From Rhizodiscina lignyota (Eukaryota): a stretch of 64,000 nucleotides of DNA. Positions 13,310-25,662 of this stretch are shown in pieces. The position numbers and the translations under genes were made by a program. Location: NCBI GenBank assembly GCA_010015805.1, contig ML978138.1:248001-312000 (forward strand), written 5' to 3'. Numbering within the stretch: position 1 is the stretch's first letter; each line of letters starts with the position of its first letter. Below the pieces are notes generated by a model that had not been told where the DNA came from, ran no database searches, and was given only the letters and a program-made list of their open reading frames with translations.

Positions 13310-14716
13310 GGCTACCAGCGATTATGGTGGTCGATACTGCTACTGCATGTCCAGTGCTACGGTGATCTTATAATAATCCGGCACGCATAAATTTAGCATA
13401 TTCAATTCGGCTTTACCCAATGACGCATTCCTCCTGGTTGCTGGCGTTATCTCCCTCAGTTTCTCGGGGTTCGCAATTCACACCACGGGAGATTACAAAT
13501 GTGCCGTGCTTAGAAATTCAATGTCAGCGGCACACAAAAATCGAACGATCAAGGAAGCTATGTATACTGAAGTCGGTGATAACAAAATAACTACTTGTGC
13601 ATTTATTTATTTCTTCTGTCCAAGGAATGCCGCATCTGTTACTCTACTACTCGTCCCATTGCCGACTTGGTGAGGATCTCTATCGAACTGCTCCATATAT
13701 TCTCATCGCAAATTTCTCACTTCAATCCTCGTGAATACCGTATTGCCAATATAAATACTGAGCACGAGTTTCAGCTCGCAGCTTTCGTTATGCAATATCT
13801 ATGTTTATCATTACCTACGTGCATTTCCTAAATCTTGCCACGGCATTTAATATTGAGAGTATCGCTCACCGCGTCTCTCGCCTTCAATAACTGAAGCGTA
13901 AATCTCGTTTGACTGTGTGCAAACGTCTTGTTTCGAACTGAGATAATAGATCCGAGCTGCATGAATGAGAGGGTACTCTGTATTTTGCTCTGTTCGAAGA
14001 ACGTGGAATCCTAAGACGCCATCCAATATCCAAAATTCATCTCCAGGCAATTCTTGCGCTATAGTAGTCAATTAGGTCGCAGAATAGTTGAGTCGTGGTT
14101 ACAATATATAGAACTAGGAGGGTGTATATCCTGGATAGTTAATATAAGTTATACACGCTAAAGTCCGGTATATAATTTATCGACCTTTTAGAGATGCTCT
14201 CACTAGCGTTGAAGAGGAAACCTCGCTTCTGCTAAATACGTTCAAACCTCATAGGAGTCAACTATTTTGTCACCCTCGTGGTAGTCACCTTTGCTTTATC
14301 TATCGGATAGCCAGTGACCAGAGTCACCCTAAGCTTTCGCTTTTACTACTCTGACTGTATCTCCGGCCATGTATATAGCTTTCCATGTCGGAAATGCATT
14401 TAAAGCTGTAGAAGCGTCTTGGCTTCATCTTGGCCCTCGTATATGAGAAAGTCTGGGGACTGTTATGCAGACGTAAGATTTGTTCTCCGCATTTTCAGCA
14501 TTTCCATTGGAATTCCGCGGCAAACCCTGATGTCGTATATGTTTAAGAACTCTTATTAACAGAAAGATGTGCATGTATTTAAATGGTCAAGCATCTGTCT
14601 CTATGAGTGTCATTAAGAGTCTAATTCTCTCGGGTCTCGACAATTATCCTTGATTCAAGCCACTTAAAGCTCTTTTCTTGCCTTCTCAATCGTCCATTGA
14701 CCGAGTATTCACCATC

Positions 14717-15040
14717 ATGCAGCTCATAACAACGCTACTCTGCTTCGCCGCTACTACTTCAGCATGGACGCTTTCGCAATACTTCGATCAAAGTTGCAGC
14801 CACAAGAGCACCAACGACGTCTCCAGCTCTGCGGCTACTGGGTGTAATGAATTCGACACGACTCCCGGTTCAATCACATGGGAGGGCCAGGACGGATTTG
14901 AGCTTACCCTCTACACTCTCCCAGACTGCATAGCCGAAGCGGGTAACCCGTTGCAGGACGTCACGAACAGTGGCTGCTACAGACAGAGTGAGCCCAATCT
15001 CCCTGCACAGAGCTGGAAGGTCGGGCCTGTGGGAATTTAG
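14717..15040 (+). CDS. Small secreted cysteine-containing protein (effector-like), 107 aa
   Basis: ATG in ACCATCATG context. Signal peptide MQLITTLLCFAATTSA. Four Cys in the mature part. TATTTAAA about 140 bp upstream. Confidence 0.75.
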   Translation: MQLITTLLCFAATTSAWTLSQYFDQSCSHKSTNDVSSSAATGCNEFDTTPGSITWEGQDGFELTLYTLPDCIAEAGNPLQDVTNSGCYRQSEPNLPAQSWKVGPVGI

Positions 15041-15500
15041 AGTTTGCCACACTTGGAGCGAGACCCCGAAGAAAACTTGCGTTATTCTGGAGAGAGGATC
15101 AAAGAAACGTGCAATCGTTGCATAAACTCAAGGGCCATCAAAACGGATTAAAGTAGACATCGAGCATTTTCGAAGTGAAACGATGAGCATCTTAACCAGA
15201 GAATGGAAATTGCAAGAGAAGAAAAGGATCATCATCTAGGTAGCAAATGGAGCTGCTGGCTTTTGTAGACTTGACCATATTCAATCGTTCAATGAACATA
15301 GAATTTCCACTTACATTCTTTCATATCGCCTTTCCCATGAAATAGCTTGGTGCCTCTAAATTTGAGAATATTGAAATCAACCTTATCCGTTACGTAACAC
15401 TGCCGTCCCTTTGCTAAGCTCGGCGTTTGATCTTTGATTTCATAAAATGTCGTCAGGAAAGGAGAGAGTCGTCCTACACTTCTGTCAATAGGATTTCAAC

Positions 15501-16689
15501 ATGGCTTCAGAAAGGAAGACGAGGCAGTGGGAAACTGACCTCGATGGAATTCAAAAACTCAGATTCGCCGAAAGCATCGTGCGGCTGCCGGCATCCGATG
15601 AAATACTCGTCAAGGTCGCAGCAGTCTCTCTAAACTACAAAGACGCAGAAATCATCAATGGACTCTTTAAGCATCACAAGTCGATGGTCGCGGTGCCAAA
15701 CCTGGTCCCATGCTCTGATTCTTGTGGGCAAGTCGTCGCTGTCGGAGATGCTGTCACAAAGTGGAAAGTGGGAGATCGTATATTGTCTGTTTCCTACCCA
15801 ACGTATTTAACGGGACCGCAACATCCAAAATACTTGCGAACGAGCATTGGATCCGCCAATCATGGTAAAGAACGCTCAGATTATCGCGGCGTTAGAACGT
15901 TGATGCTGAGCTATTTCAGGCTGCCTTACCGAATACCGAACATTCAAAGAGACTGCGGTCGTTGCCTGTCCATCATATTTGACCAATGAGGAAGCATGTA
16001 ATATGCAAGTTGCAGGAACGACAGCATGGATGGCAATCAATGGCATGCGACCTCTTGGTCAGCCGGGCGGCAAGGGCGAGACCATCTTGCTTCAAGGGAC
16101 CGGTGGCGTATCGATCATGGGACTCTTAATTGGGAAGGCCAGCGGAGCTGAAAGTAAGCCTCGAATAACATGAACATATATCACCTTTCCCAGATGTACG
16201 TTAACCAATGTGCCAGCTATCCTGACGTCCAGCTCAGACGAGAAGCTACAGCGCGGCAAAGATCTCGGGGCCGATCATCTGATCAATTACCGCAAGACGC
16301 CAAACTGGGACGAAGAAGTGCTCCGCTTGACAAGTGGGAAAGGCGCCGATATCATCTTTGAGAATGGTGGAGCTCTGACGACTCCAAAATCGTTCAATTG
16401 CGTTGCATTCGGTGGTCTGATCAACGCCATCGGTTATGTCTCGGGAAAAATTGACCCACCGGACGAGCGTTTGAACATTAATGTCTCAGCGCTGTCAAGA
16501 AACATGACAATCAAAGGACTGATCAACGGACCGAGAGACAGATTTCAAGAGATGCTCGATTTCTGTGCGAAGCACGAGATCAGGCCGGTTGTGGACAAGA
16601 CGTTCCCCTTCGAACAAGCGAGAGAAGCATTGCAGTACATGTGGGACGGAGCACATTTTGGCAAAGTCGTTATTAACGTCGCTCAGTGA
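15501..16689 (+). CDS. Medium-chain (zinc-type) alcohol dehydrogenase-like oxidoreductase, 3 exons
   Basis: VAAVSLNYKD, LVPCSDSCGQVVAVG, LLQGTGGVS, LGADHLINY, GAHFGKVVI. Introns near 15865-15919 and 16154-16218. Confidence 0.9.
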
Positions 16690-17352
16690 CTGCAAACTGT
16701 ACAAGATATGAGAATCGTAGAGGGAGGTACACACCATCGCGGATCTTCGAGACAACCATTGCACATATATTCATACAGTCTATGCCTCTCCCACAGTCTT
16801 CATGTCTTCTTTACTTTCATTCCCTTCGCCACCAAGTGTCGCCGCGACCTTCTCACTCATCAACTCATCCGTGTTCCGAGCAAACCAAGTCAATATAAGA
16901 GCAAACCCGGAGAATGCGATCGTGCTGAGGTACACCGTGCGGTATGCATCCGCATTAGCGACCTTGTATGCGCGAGCACCAACTGCAATGATGTTCGACG
17001 GCCCTTCTCAGACCAGCCGCCAACATTGAGCTGACTGCGGGTTTGTTCATCACAGGTGGTACACGTCACTAAATGTTACAGGCGACATGGATTAGGCGGG
17101 AGGACTTGTGTGGTTGCTCATATCCGCTGTGAGATGACGGGAGTTACCGCCTACGGGTCACGATACCCGCATCAAATAGCCAAGCTTCCAAAAACCCGTA
17201 AGCTCGATTCTTTGGAAGTTTGTCGATCACAGCCTCGAATGTGCGTTTGAGGCCGTTGTCAAATTTTTGCTGGTCCGAGCGAGATGCTATGGTAAGGTAG
17301 GTTGTTATGATGTAGAAAAGATTTATTCGGATGCACTACCTTCTGCTAAATC

Positions 17353-18830
17353 TTACAGCCCTTCTTTAGCAAGCATATCTGGTGTATCCAATTAGAATGA
17401 TTATGTGGAAATTGCCGTGAATGACACGTACCAGCAATATTAAGATAGAATGCCACAGCGTTGAAACTAGCCATGTCCAATTAGTAAACAGTATCAGTGG
17501 GTTACTGTGCTCGAGCATACTTCTTCTTCGTCCCGGTTAACTCCCAAAACATCCACTTGAGTCTATTTGTCCAATTTATGAGGTCGAGATGGCTGACACC
17601 CACAAGTGTCCCTCGATATGTGCCCCATTGACTACTCGGCACACTAAAATCGTCGTCAGTGCGGTTTTTCAGGATGATTCGGACTGAATTGACGCACCTC
17701 ACAAGCCCATCGTTCTCCGCGCCTTCTAAACGCTTGATGATCTCGTGTGAAGGGCGGAAGATGGACCAGCGCTGCGGTTCAAGGGACGCGCCATATGAGT
17801 AGTACCTGGCCGAAGCGACGCCGCATTAGCGAGACCGATCCTTGGGGGTTATTGAGCAGGCTTACGCACTTAACTCCTTCCACATCTGGAGTTTTGGGAT
17901 TAAATTCCTCTTGCATGTACTGTCTCGTCAGCTGAGAAAAGGCACCAGTTTCCATTCCGCAAAACTCGAGAGCTTTGTATATCCTGGCCAAGTGGATTGC
18001 TGCAACAGCATCAGCGATCTCTTTAGCAAAGAAGCGATTCTCAAAAGAGTATCATAATGTTTACGTACGTCCCAGTTGGTCGATCATGAAATCAGCGAAC
18101 GCCGATCCGCGATGCGGCGTAGAGATGGTAGTCAATGAGAGAACATTGACGCCTTTTGGCTTGAGTCTGCTGATCATGTATCGAGAATCAAGCCCCCTGG
18201 CATGAGTATCAGCTCTGTATTACTGCTCGTCGACGGAATTGGCGTACCCCTTGGTGGATGTTAGCTAGTGAGTCCGAAAGGCAGCTGAAGGACGTTACCA
18301 TGCTATGTCTGTACAAACATTAGTGACTTCTATCTACCAAGTAATAATGGATCTCTCTTACGCTATAATGTTTACACTCTTCCCCGTCGCTTTCTTGGCA
18401 ATTACATGTCCCAAAGCCGCGCCTCTGGCCTCGATCGAACCAGAGGGCGGAACAGCAGCTGTCATGACTTCGACACCCTTCGCAGCAAATGCATCGGTGA
18501 TACCGCGCCAGTAACGGATCCCTGGGAGGTTAGGCCCTGCAAGATGCAATTCGTCGAAACCAAGGACACCATGCGCCAAAATTATGGGATTCTTTGGCGC
18601 GTCTTTAGATGTCAGTCAAATTGGGCACAAGGGTAGTAGCGTCAGCAGCTCTCACCGTATTGTTCGCGGAGAACAGAGAAGTCGTCCTCGATTATTCTTC
18701 CGAAGTCTTTCAGGCGTGGATCGTATGGCCGATATGCTTTATTGCTGAAGCCAACCTGTGCCGAGGAGCGGAGAACTCTGACGCGTTCTGCGCGTCTTAA
18801 ACATGGCGCGCGCGAGCAGGCAAATAGCAT
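17353..18830 (-). CDS. TGL2: Triacylglycerol lipase, Tgl2/lipase-2-like, 9 exons including 10-nt and 2-nt micro-exons
   Basis: Spliced protein PKNPIILAHGVLGFD...YWRGI...VNIIAHSMGGLDSRY...LTTISTPHRGSAFAD...ENDGLVSV...SHLDLINW...LAKEGL*. Confidence 0.85.
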
Positions 18831-19245
18831 CAGTGCGTTGTTATCGCGCTGCCATATTTTTCCCCCTTTCAGTTGATGTTGTTCAAGCTAGATGGTTATT
18901 CGAGGTGTAAACGAAAATCGTGAAGTTGAAATGGTGGAATGATGAACATGACATCAGGAATGGGTTCAAGTCACGGATGGGATCACAATAAGTCCCACTG
19001 TCCCAACAAACTCGGAAATTTTTGGGCCCTCGACATCAACACGATATGCCTAGGTAAAGATGAGATTTTACAATAATGTGAATTTACAAAAACTAAAGAT
19101 TCCATCGTCTACACATGTCCGGTGCTGCTGAACGAAAATTGACGTAGTTCACGGTTTGATATTTCATGCCTGTTCAACTACAACGCTTTGAATCTAGATG
19201 ATGACATGCTCCAGAAGAAACCCAGCAAAGATGGCACCCATGCCT

Positions 19246-19881
19246 TTATCCATTTGTCGGCGGAACAGGCTTGGGGTTCACCACTGCGTTCAATAGGTCG
19301 TCCACAACCTTCTGCCCCGACTTGCTGCCAATCTCCTTGATCTCCTTCAACTTGCCCTCGGTTTCCTTATCCGCATCCTCTTCGGCCTTCTTGTTGCCGC
19401 TCGTGTGCTATTTCTCAAATCAGCGCCTCTGGTTACAGCAGTGTCTCGCTTTGCACATCGAGACGTCAGGCGGACGAACCTCGTTCTCGAACGACTTGAA
19501 CTCGTCGTCCTTTTGCTTCCTGTAATCTTCTATCTCCTTCTGTGCCTCGGATCGAGCATCTTTTACGCGCTTCGTTCGGTCTTGATCCGATCAGTTAAAG
19601 GTAGGGGTTCGGCTTGGGAAAAGTTGGGCATACATTCTCTAGCTGCGCCAATGTCAGTTACTCTGCTCTTAAGTGAAGAACGGAATGATTGGTACCTTTC
19701 TGGACTATCTTCTGCGCATCTCGCTCTGCCTAAAGGAATTGTGAGTTCGCGAGCCTTCAAATGAGAACTTGGTGGGGCGCACGTCGAGCAGTGTCTGGAT
19801 GCCTGCGGAGTTTTGCGCTGCCTGGAAGCAGAGTTAGCAGGAGCTTCATGAATGATCACACAATGCCATTGCGCGTACCAT
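19246..19881 (-). CDS. VMA10: V-type ATPase subunit G
   Basis: Spliced protein MAAQNSAGIQTLLDAERDAQKIVQKAREYRTKRVKDARSEAQKEIEDY...HTSGNKKAEED. ATG-only first coding exon and a 9-nt exon at 19634-19642. Confidence 0.92.
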
Positions 19882-20077
19882 TTTGAAAATGAACAGCTGT
19901 AGAAGGTGAGGAGAGCTTTGAGGTGCAGTCTTATCGACTGAAGGCAGCGGGATTGAAGATGCAGGGAAGCTCCGCCGCATGCCAAGCCTGGTTGGCCCAA
20001 GCTCCTTGGATGGAAGATCTTGCAGATGCAGGTTGACTTCAGATTCAAATCGCCTCACGTTAGAGCCATTACATAAC

Positions 20078-20358
20078 ATGTCCACAGCAAGCAAAATCAC
20101 TCTTGGTCTCACCACTCTATCTGCAGTCGGCATTGTGGTCTTCGTTCATTATGGCCAGAAAGTAGAGCAAGCTGTACGCTCTCCCAAAGCAATTTCTCGG
20201 GACTGATCTAACAATCATAGGCCATGCATGCTGGTGTCATTCGCGATATGGAACAACAAAGATTGAAGAAGGAACGACAGGCCGATTTTGAGATGCAACG
20301 CGCCCTCGAAGAGGAATACCGAAAGATCCAGACAGTATCTAAGGACACACAAAGCTAG
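20078..20358 (+). CDS. PET117: Cytochrome c oxidase assembly factor Pet117
   Basis: MSTASKITLGLTTLSAVGIVVFVHYGQKVEQA, intron 20174-20220, then AMHAGVIRDMEQQRLKKERQADFEMQRALEEEYRKIQTV. Confidence 0.92.
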
Positions 20359-20398
20359 TGAGGCAGAATGGTCCATGGACACCAAGAACATAGGACGA

Positions 20399-21410
20399 TC
20401 AACCTGCGCTCAGTCCACTGCCTACGAAGACTACCATCACCGCCGAAAATCTAGCAATGTCAGCGAGGACAATGAAGTTCGAGAATTCAGCTTACCCTAC
20501 TGTTGCCGCGAAAATCTCCGCGCTCCGAGACTTCGTTGAGACAGTGATGAGCACGGAAAAACTGATGGTAAAAAGCACGATGGCAGCAAGCCTCCATCCA
20601 GCAGAACGGATAAAGTACAAGACTATCGTAGGGATGAGAATAGAGCATGGAGCAGCGAATGCAGTAATGGCTCGCATGACGAAGAGAATACGGTCATCGT
20701 TCAAATAACCCTGCTAGGGATCGTTCGATTTCTCCTCGACGAACATCTATATCCCGTCAGCCGTGCATCATGTCTACCCATAAAGACAAAATTTACCCAG
20801 CGTAGCAAGGTGTACTCTGCGGTCAGCTTTGCGAACCGTGTAACAAGGGCTTGGAGCGAGGCGTGGTCGGGGTGATCGATTTGTATCGCGCAGAGGTCGA
20901 TATCGTCGCGGAAAAGGCCCTGTGACTGTTCCAGACTTTCATATTTGTCCTTGTAGAATCTGTAGAGGGTTTCAATGTTCTCAAGTGAAGCGCCCTCGTA
21001 ATTGAACACTTCGCGATGGTTTTGTATCGCGGCATCTGGAGCGAATCAGCCAATTACTAGTCAGTATCCGATGATTGATCTCCTTTTACCATATTCCTTC
21101 AGTTTTGAGACAACAGCTTGCCAATGTTTTTCTCGATCGTCTATTTTTTCTTTGTTTCCTTTACCATCCACTTCATCGTCCAGACCTGCAAGGACATTTT
21201 CCAATTCCGATAGTTCTTTCTGTATCCGCAAGATGTATCTAATGTGGAGATACCGAAAGCGTCTGAAGATATGGAGTGCCGGGTCCGTTGATATGTGTGC
21301 TGATATCTCGGGCTCGCCTCGAGGTCGGGTGACTAGACAAGTGATCAACATACAACATGACTGACAATATCCGCATAGTATCCGTACTCACTTTCGTTTC
21401 GAGACTCCAT
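20399..21410 (-). CDS. DUF6594-like protein with C-terminal TM helices, multi-exon
   Basis: HIFRRFRYLHIRYILRIQKELSELE...LKEY, then hydrophobic ILIPTIVLYFI...IVLFTISFSVLI...AEIFAATVGFSAVMVVFVG. Confidence 0.7.
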
Positions 21411-22035
21411 CATATCGACCGGTTATGAATATAGTCTTGTAGCCGATCTCACTTGCATGGTCTCTATCCCCCCAACGGCCCTCTTTTTGTGCAAAGTTCG
21501 TATACTGTAAGACATCAAATATTTGTCCCTAAACTATTGTTTGATTATCAATCATTACCCCATATACCAGCGAAATTCATGCTTCTAACCGAGCAATGGT
21601 TTTGTCAAGGAATCTCCGCATATACGATGTGGCACATCGGCTGGGAGCTGAGGTGGAATCGATTGTCCAATGAAGCTTGACAGTTGCATGTGAACCTTGC
21701 ATCTAAAGAGTCTCGAAACTGCCGAATTACCTGGTTCTGGTCACCGGCCAGTTTAGGTCTCGCAAGGCTGAGGCTCTGCGCAGCCTCGCACCTAAACCTT
21801 ATCTTTCGCACACTTCTGGATTTGATGGTTTTGTGCTGGGAACCTCAGCTTTCCCTTGGCTTCGTCATTCAAGCATTTTCCTCTTGATAGTATTTTGGAT
21901 TGCTAGTATATTACAACTGAAAGATAGTCCGAGCTTTTGCAAAGATTTTTGCATAACGGACATCCAATTAGACCAATTCCGTGTCAGTGTCTTTTTCAAA
22001 GACCTCTCACCGACAATATCTCGATTCAGCAGGCC

Positions 22036-22913
22036 ATGGGGGACAACTATGACTCATATAGCGACCGGATGGTATACCTAGGAACCTATCGCAAGAGAGA
22101 AGGCGAACAGAGATCTCTCAAAGCAGCAACCTTTCGCATGAAAGAAGGTGGTAGGTTTGGGATAGAAGTAAGCTCTTTGCAAATATGGAGTCAAACATTA
22201 TAGCCGCATCTCACCGAATTTGATGCAGCCACCTGACTCTCCTGGTCGAGGGACAGCAGCATACCAGAAACATAATCGTCAAAGTGGTCCACAAGCTGGA
22301 GCTCACGAATTGGACGGCTCCAATACCCAGCGGTCAGCACAGCAGAGTGCCATACCGCTCAGACGGCCTAACAGATCCCATGCCAAACATGAGGTACGTT
22401 TGAACGAAGAACGATCACTTCCCATTGAAGAGATATTCACCAATCTGAATTACAGACCAAACCCAGAAATCGCGACAACGACGGCCTCGGTTCTGGTCTG
22501 TCGTCTGGTGATGGGAAGAGGCGTACACTTCGGGTGTCAGATGTAAGTCATATAATATACAGCAAACATTGCCACTATCTGATGCGGAACAGAGATATCC
22601 TGTAGACACGGGCGCCGTCCTCGGGGCTACGTACAGAAGAGACGTAAGTCATATAATATATAGCACACATCGCCATGATCTGATGCGCAACAGAGATCTC
22701 CTGTAGACACCCGCGTCCCCATTGAAGGGGGCACATCTAGAAAATATGTAAGCTTTTATAAACCAACGCATGTCATTGAGATCTGATTCGAGACAGGCCG
22801 ATGCTCGGACTCATGGGGATCAGGGAACAACATACTACGGTCGCACGATCAAACACAAAGAGCACCATAGAAACAACCAGCGGAAGGAGCCCAGTTCGTT
22901 CTGTTGCTTCTGA
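22036..22913 (+). CDS. Orphan hydrophilic protein, 6 exons, all introns phase 0, C-terminus ...SSFCCF
   Basis: Canonical introns at 22168-22228, 22394-22455, 22543-22592, 22644-22693 and 22748-22796 splice into one uninterrupted frame from ATG 22036 to TGA 22911-22913. Confidence 0.6.
22543..22796 (+). repeat. Tandem duplication of a ~101-bp intron+exon unit (2 close copies + 1 diverged intron)
   Basis: gtaagtcatataatata.agca.acat.gcca..atctgatgcg.aacag|agat.tcctgtagacac is repeated at 22543 and 22644. Confidence 0.85.
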
Positions 22914-23487
22914 GCATCAACCTGTGGGCTCAGTCACCGCCGTCAGTGAAGGCAATTATTCACCTTTCGCTATATCTCGAAATAATCTTGATAATTAAGA
23001 TGCCTCTCTGGCTATCACATTTCACTTCACATTCACGGTTGAACTTGACATGAGCAGGTCGCTGTTCTCAAAAGATAATTGAAATTAATCCATGAAACCT
23101 CATATACATCGTCAAAGCCTCATGGAAACACATCAATACCATTAAAAGAGAGAATGAATATAAACGGGCGAATAAAAGGGTTACTCCGTCGCTCACCCCC
23201 GCATCCAGACAGAGGGAGCCGGTCAGTGATTCATAAAGTTCCCGTGCAAGGTCCCAAACACACATCCGCCCAAAGTCATGGCAATCGTGAGACAGTATAA
23301 GGAACAAAAGCCCCGTGAAGGATCCCCGATATACTTCCGCCAGCCCATGCAAGTCGTGAAACAAAGCAAGAAGGTAAGGAAACAAGAACCCCCGGGGAAT
23401 ATGCCAGACAACCTCCGTGTCATAATCATGCCGTCGTATAATGGTCAATAATGATCGTAAAGAAGAGAAGAAAAGAAATAGCGTTCC

Positions 23488-25662
23488 TTATCCGTATCTC
23501 CAAGGCAGGATGCTGTTAATCACCCTCCGTCCCGTACCATCAGCGCACTGCCCTTGCGCCTGGCCCGGAGCATTAGCCAGCGCTTCCTTCCGTAACTTCT
23601 GCCCCTTCCCCTTGGAGAACCAGCGGCGCAGACCAATACCCGGTCCACTGCCAACCTCGACCATCTCCTGCTTCTGCGGCGGGAGTAACTGTCCCTCAAT
23701 CACCGGGCCCAGCACTGCTGACCCATCGACGAAGCCTCCTCTCAGCGCCGCAGGCGGCGGATTCAGATCGAACCTCACGCTCCCTGGTCTCATGCTCTCC
23801 GGTCGTACGGTTGCCGGTCGAGGCGTCGTTGGGGAAATCATCATGATAGGCACGTCCATGCTCTCGTGGCCGAGCGGACGAGGCCATGCAGACGCAACAG
23901 TTGAAGGCGACGCCAAGAACGACGGGATCGAGCCGGAGCGACGGGCACAGCGGGGGCCTCGCGCGCCGAGGCCGGCGCCAGCGCCAGCACCGAAACCGAC
24001 GTCGGGAGAGCCGAGGGCCGACATGTCCGAGGGGGAAGAGTACATGAGGCTGTCGCGCTGCATCAGGCGACGGCGACTCTCGTCCGCCATGCGCGTGAGT
24101 GGCTCGAGCGCATCGTCCCAGGTCCCGGTGGCGAGGTTGATGTCATCCAGGGAGAGGTCCGCAAGGGTGTGCTTGTGACGGGAGAGGAAGGAGGAGATGG
24201 AGTTGGAAGAAGTGACGATGTTTTGGAGGGTGAGGTTGGTGAGCGCCGGGAAGTTGAGAGGCTGGAGGAAGGTAGACGAAGTTGGCGGAGCTACCGGAGC
24301 CGTGAAAATTGGCTTTTGTGGAGGTGGAGGCGGCGGTGGCGTGATGAGCTCGCCGAAGAACCTTGGCGTTGATGGAGGAACCGGAGAAGGGCACCGCTTT
24401 TGAAGTTTCGCAGGTCGTTGGAATGTGGGCGATTGTGGAAGGCGAGGCGAAGCGATACGATGTGCAGCCATCTTTTTATTCGCAAAGCACGGTTCAGTCT
24501 CCAGCGAGAGCGGATTAGGGCCTTTGTTGCCGTTCCAGTGGAAAGCCAGATCGGTAAGTTGACGAGCAAAGGAGCGCAGGTAGGAATGCAACAGCTTGAG
24601 GTGCTCTGTGTGAGTGTCATTCAGTTCCGGGGGGAACGTGTCCATGCGGATTATCAACTTCCGAATTTGCGACCAGCGGCGCAGAGTGCCAGGTGTGGAG
24701 CCAAATCCATGCAGAGGCTGGAGATAGAGCAGACCAGAGGGATGGATGTTGACCAGCGACACGGATTCCAGATAGTGCAACGGGGCGCGCTCTACAGCAA
24801 TCCGTAGTGATATAAGGGCATAGTCGACAATGCTTCGTCGGTATCGCTGTGCGAGATCTGCGTCGGGGCAGCTGATCTTCAGGTGCTCGAGATTCGGTAT
24901 ATGTTCGAGCGCACGGATGAATGATGGGATGTTGGTCGCCGCATGAAAGAGGGGCGGATACTGCCTGATGAGCATATCCGTCATCTCCCATGAGCCATAC
25001 TTGGGCTCTTTGACTTTTCCGATCAGTGTCGCCGGCTTATGGACTTGAGGCGTATAGACGAAGTCCTGCTGCTGACCTGTAACGGGATTGATGAGAGGCG
25101 GAAGCAGCATCTCTGCCGTATGCGGCATGCTGAATGTAAAAGTCTTGACATGTTGTCCGATACGTTCCAAGGCCCCAAGGCGCGCTGGCCGAGCAAACGT
25201 ACTTGACTGGAACTTAGCGGTGATTTCGTCGAAGAGATATGGCGCAGCACGAGCCGAGAAGTCGTGGCATGCCAGTCGAAAATCTGCTAAAGTAGTCCGG
25301 TCGAGGTGCGAAAGTAACGAGGCGCGACAGTCCTCTGTGAGCCAAAGCCTGCGGAAAATAGGATCTGTGCAAAGCACCAGATGACAGACGGATCTCTTCG
25401 GGCGGTATGCTGCAATTACTTGTTACTGAACTGCTTCAGGGTCCAAAGAGAAGATGTGTTCCTGCATTGAGGACCCTGAAGGCGTAGAAAACTTACAGCA
25501 AGTACTTGAGAGGTCCGAAATACTTGGAATCTCACCAAACAACAAGCCGCGCGATGTGGCTGAAGATGCGACGGAAGCGGAACTAAAAGAACTGGAAAAA
25601 CTCTCTGCAGCGCTGTCCAACGACTCCTCCCGTCGCAGAGACGGGCGGAAATCGCCAGACAT
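23488..25662 (-). CDS. Fungal hypothetical protein (F-box/LRR-like N-half, Pro/Ser-rich C-half)
   Basis: 629-aa ORF with LLSHLDRTTLADFRLACHDF (F-box-like), QYPPLFHAATNIPSF, RSIVDYALISLRIAVERAPL. Probable upstream exon from ATG 25662. Confidence 0.7.

Noticed and set aside
23441..24178. 245-aa plus-strand ORF and similar antisense ORFs over kinase, ATPase and lyase genes
   Set aside because: Shadow ORFs arising from codon bias of the real genes on the opposite strand.
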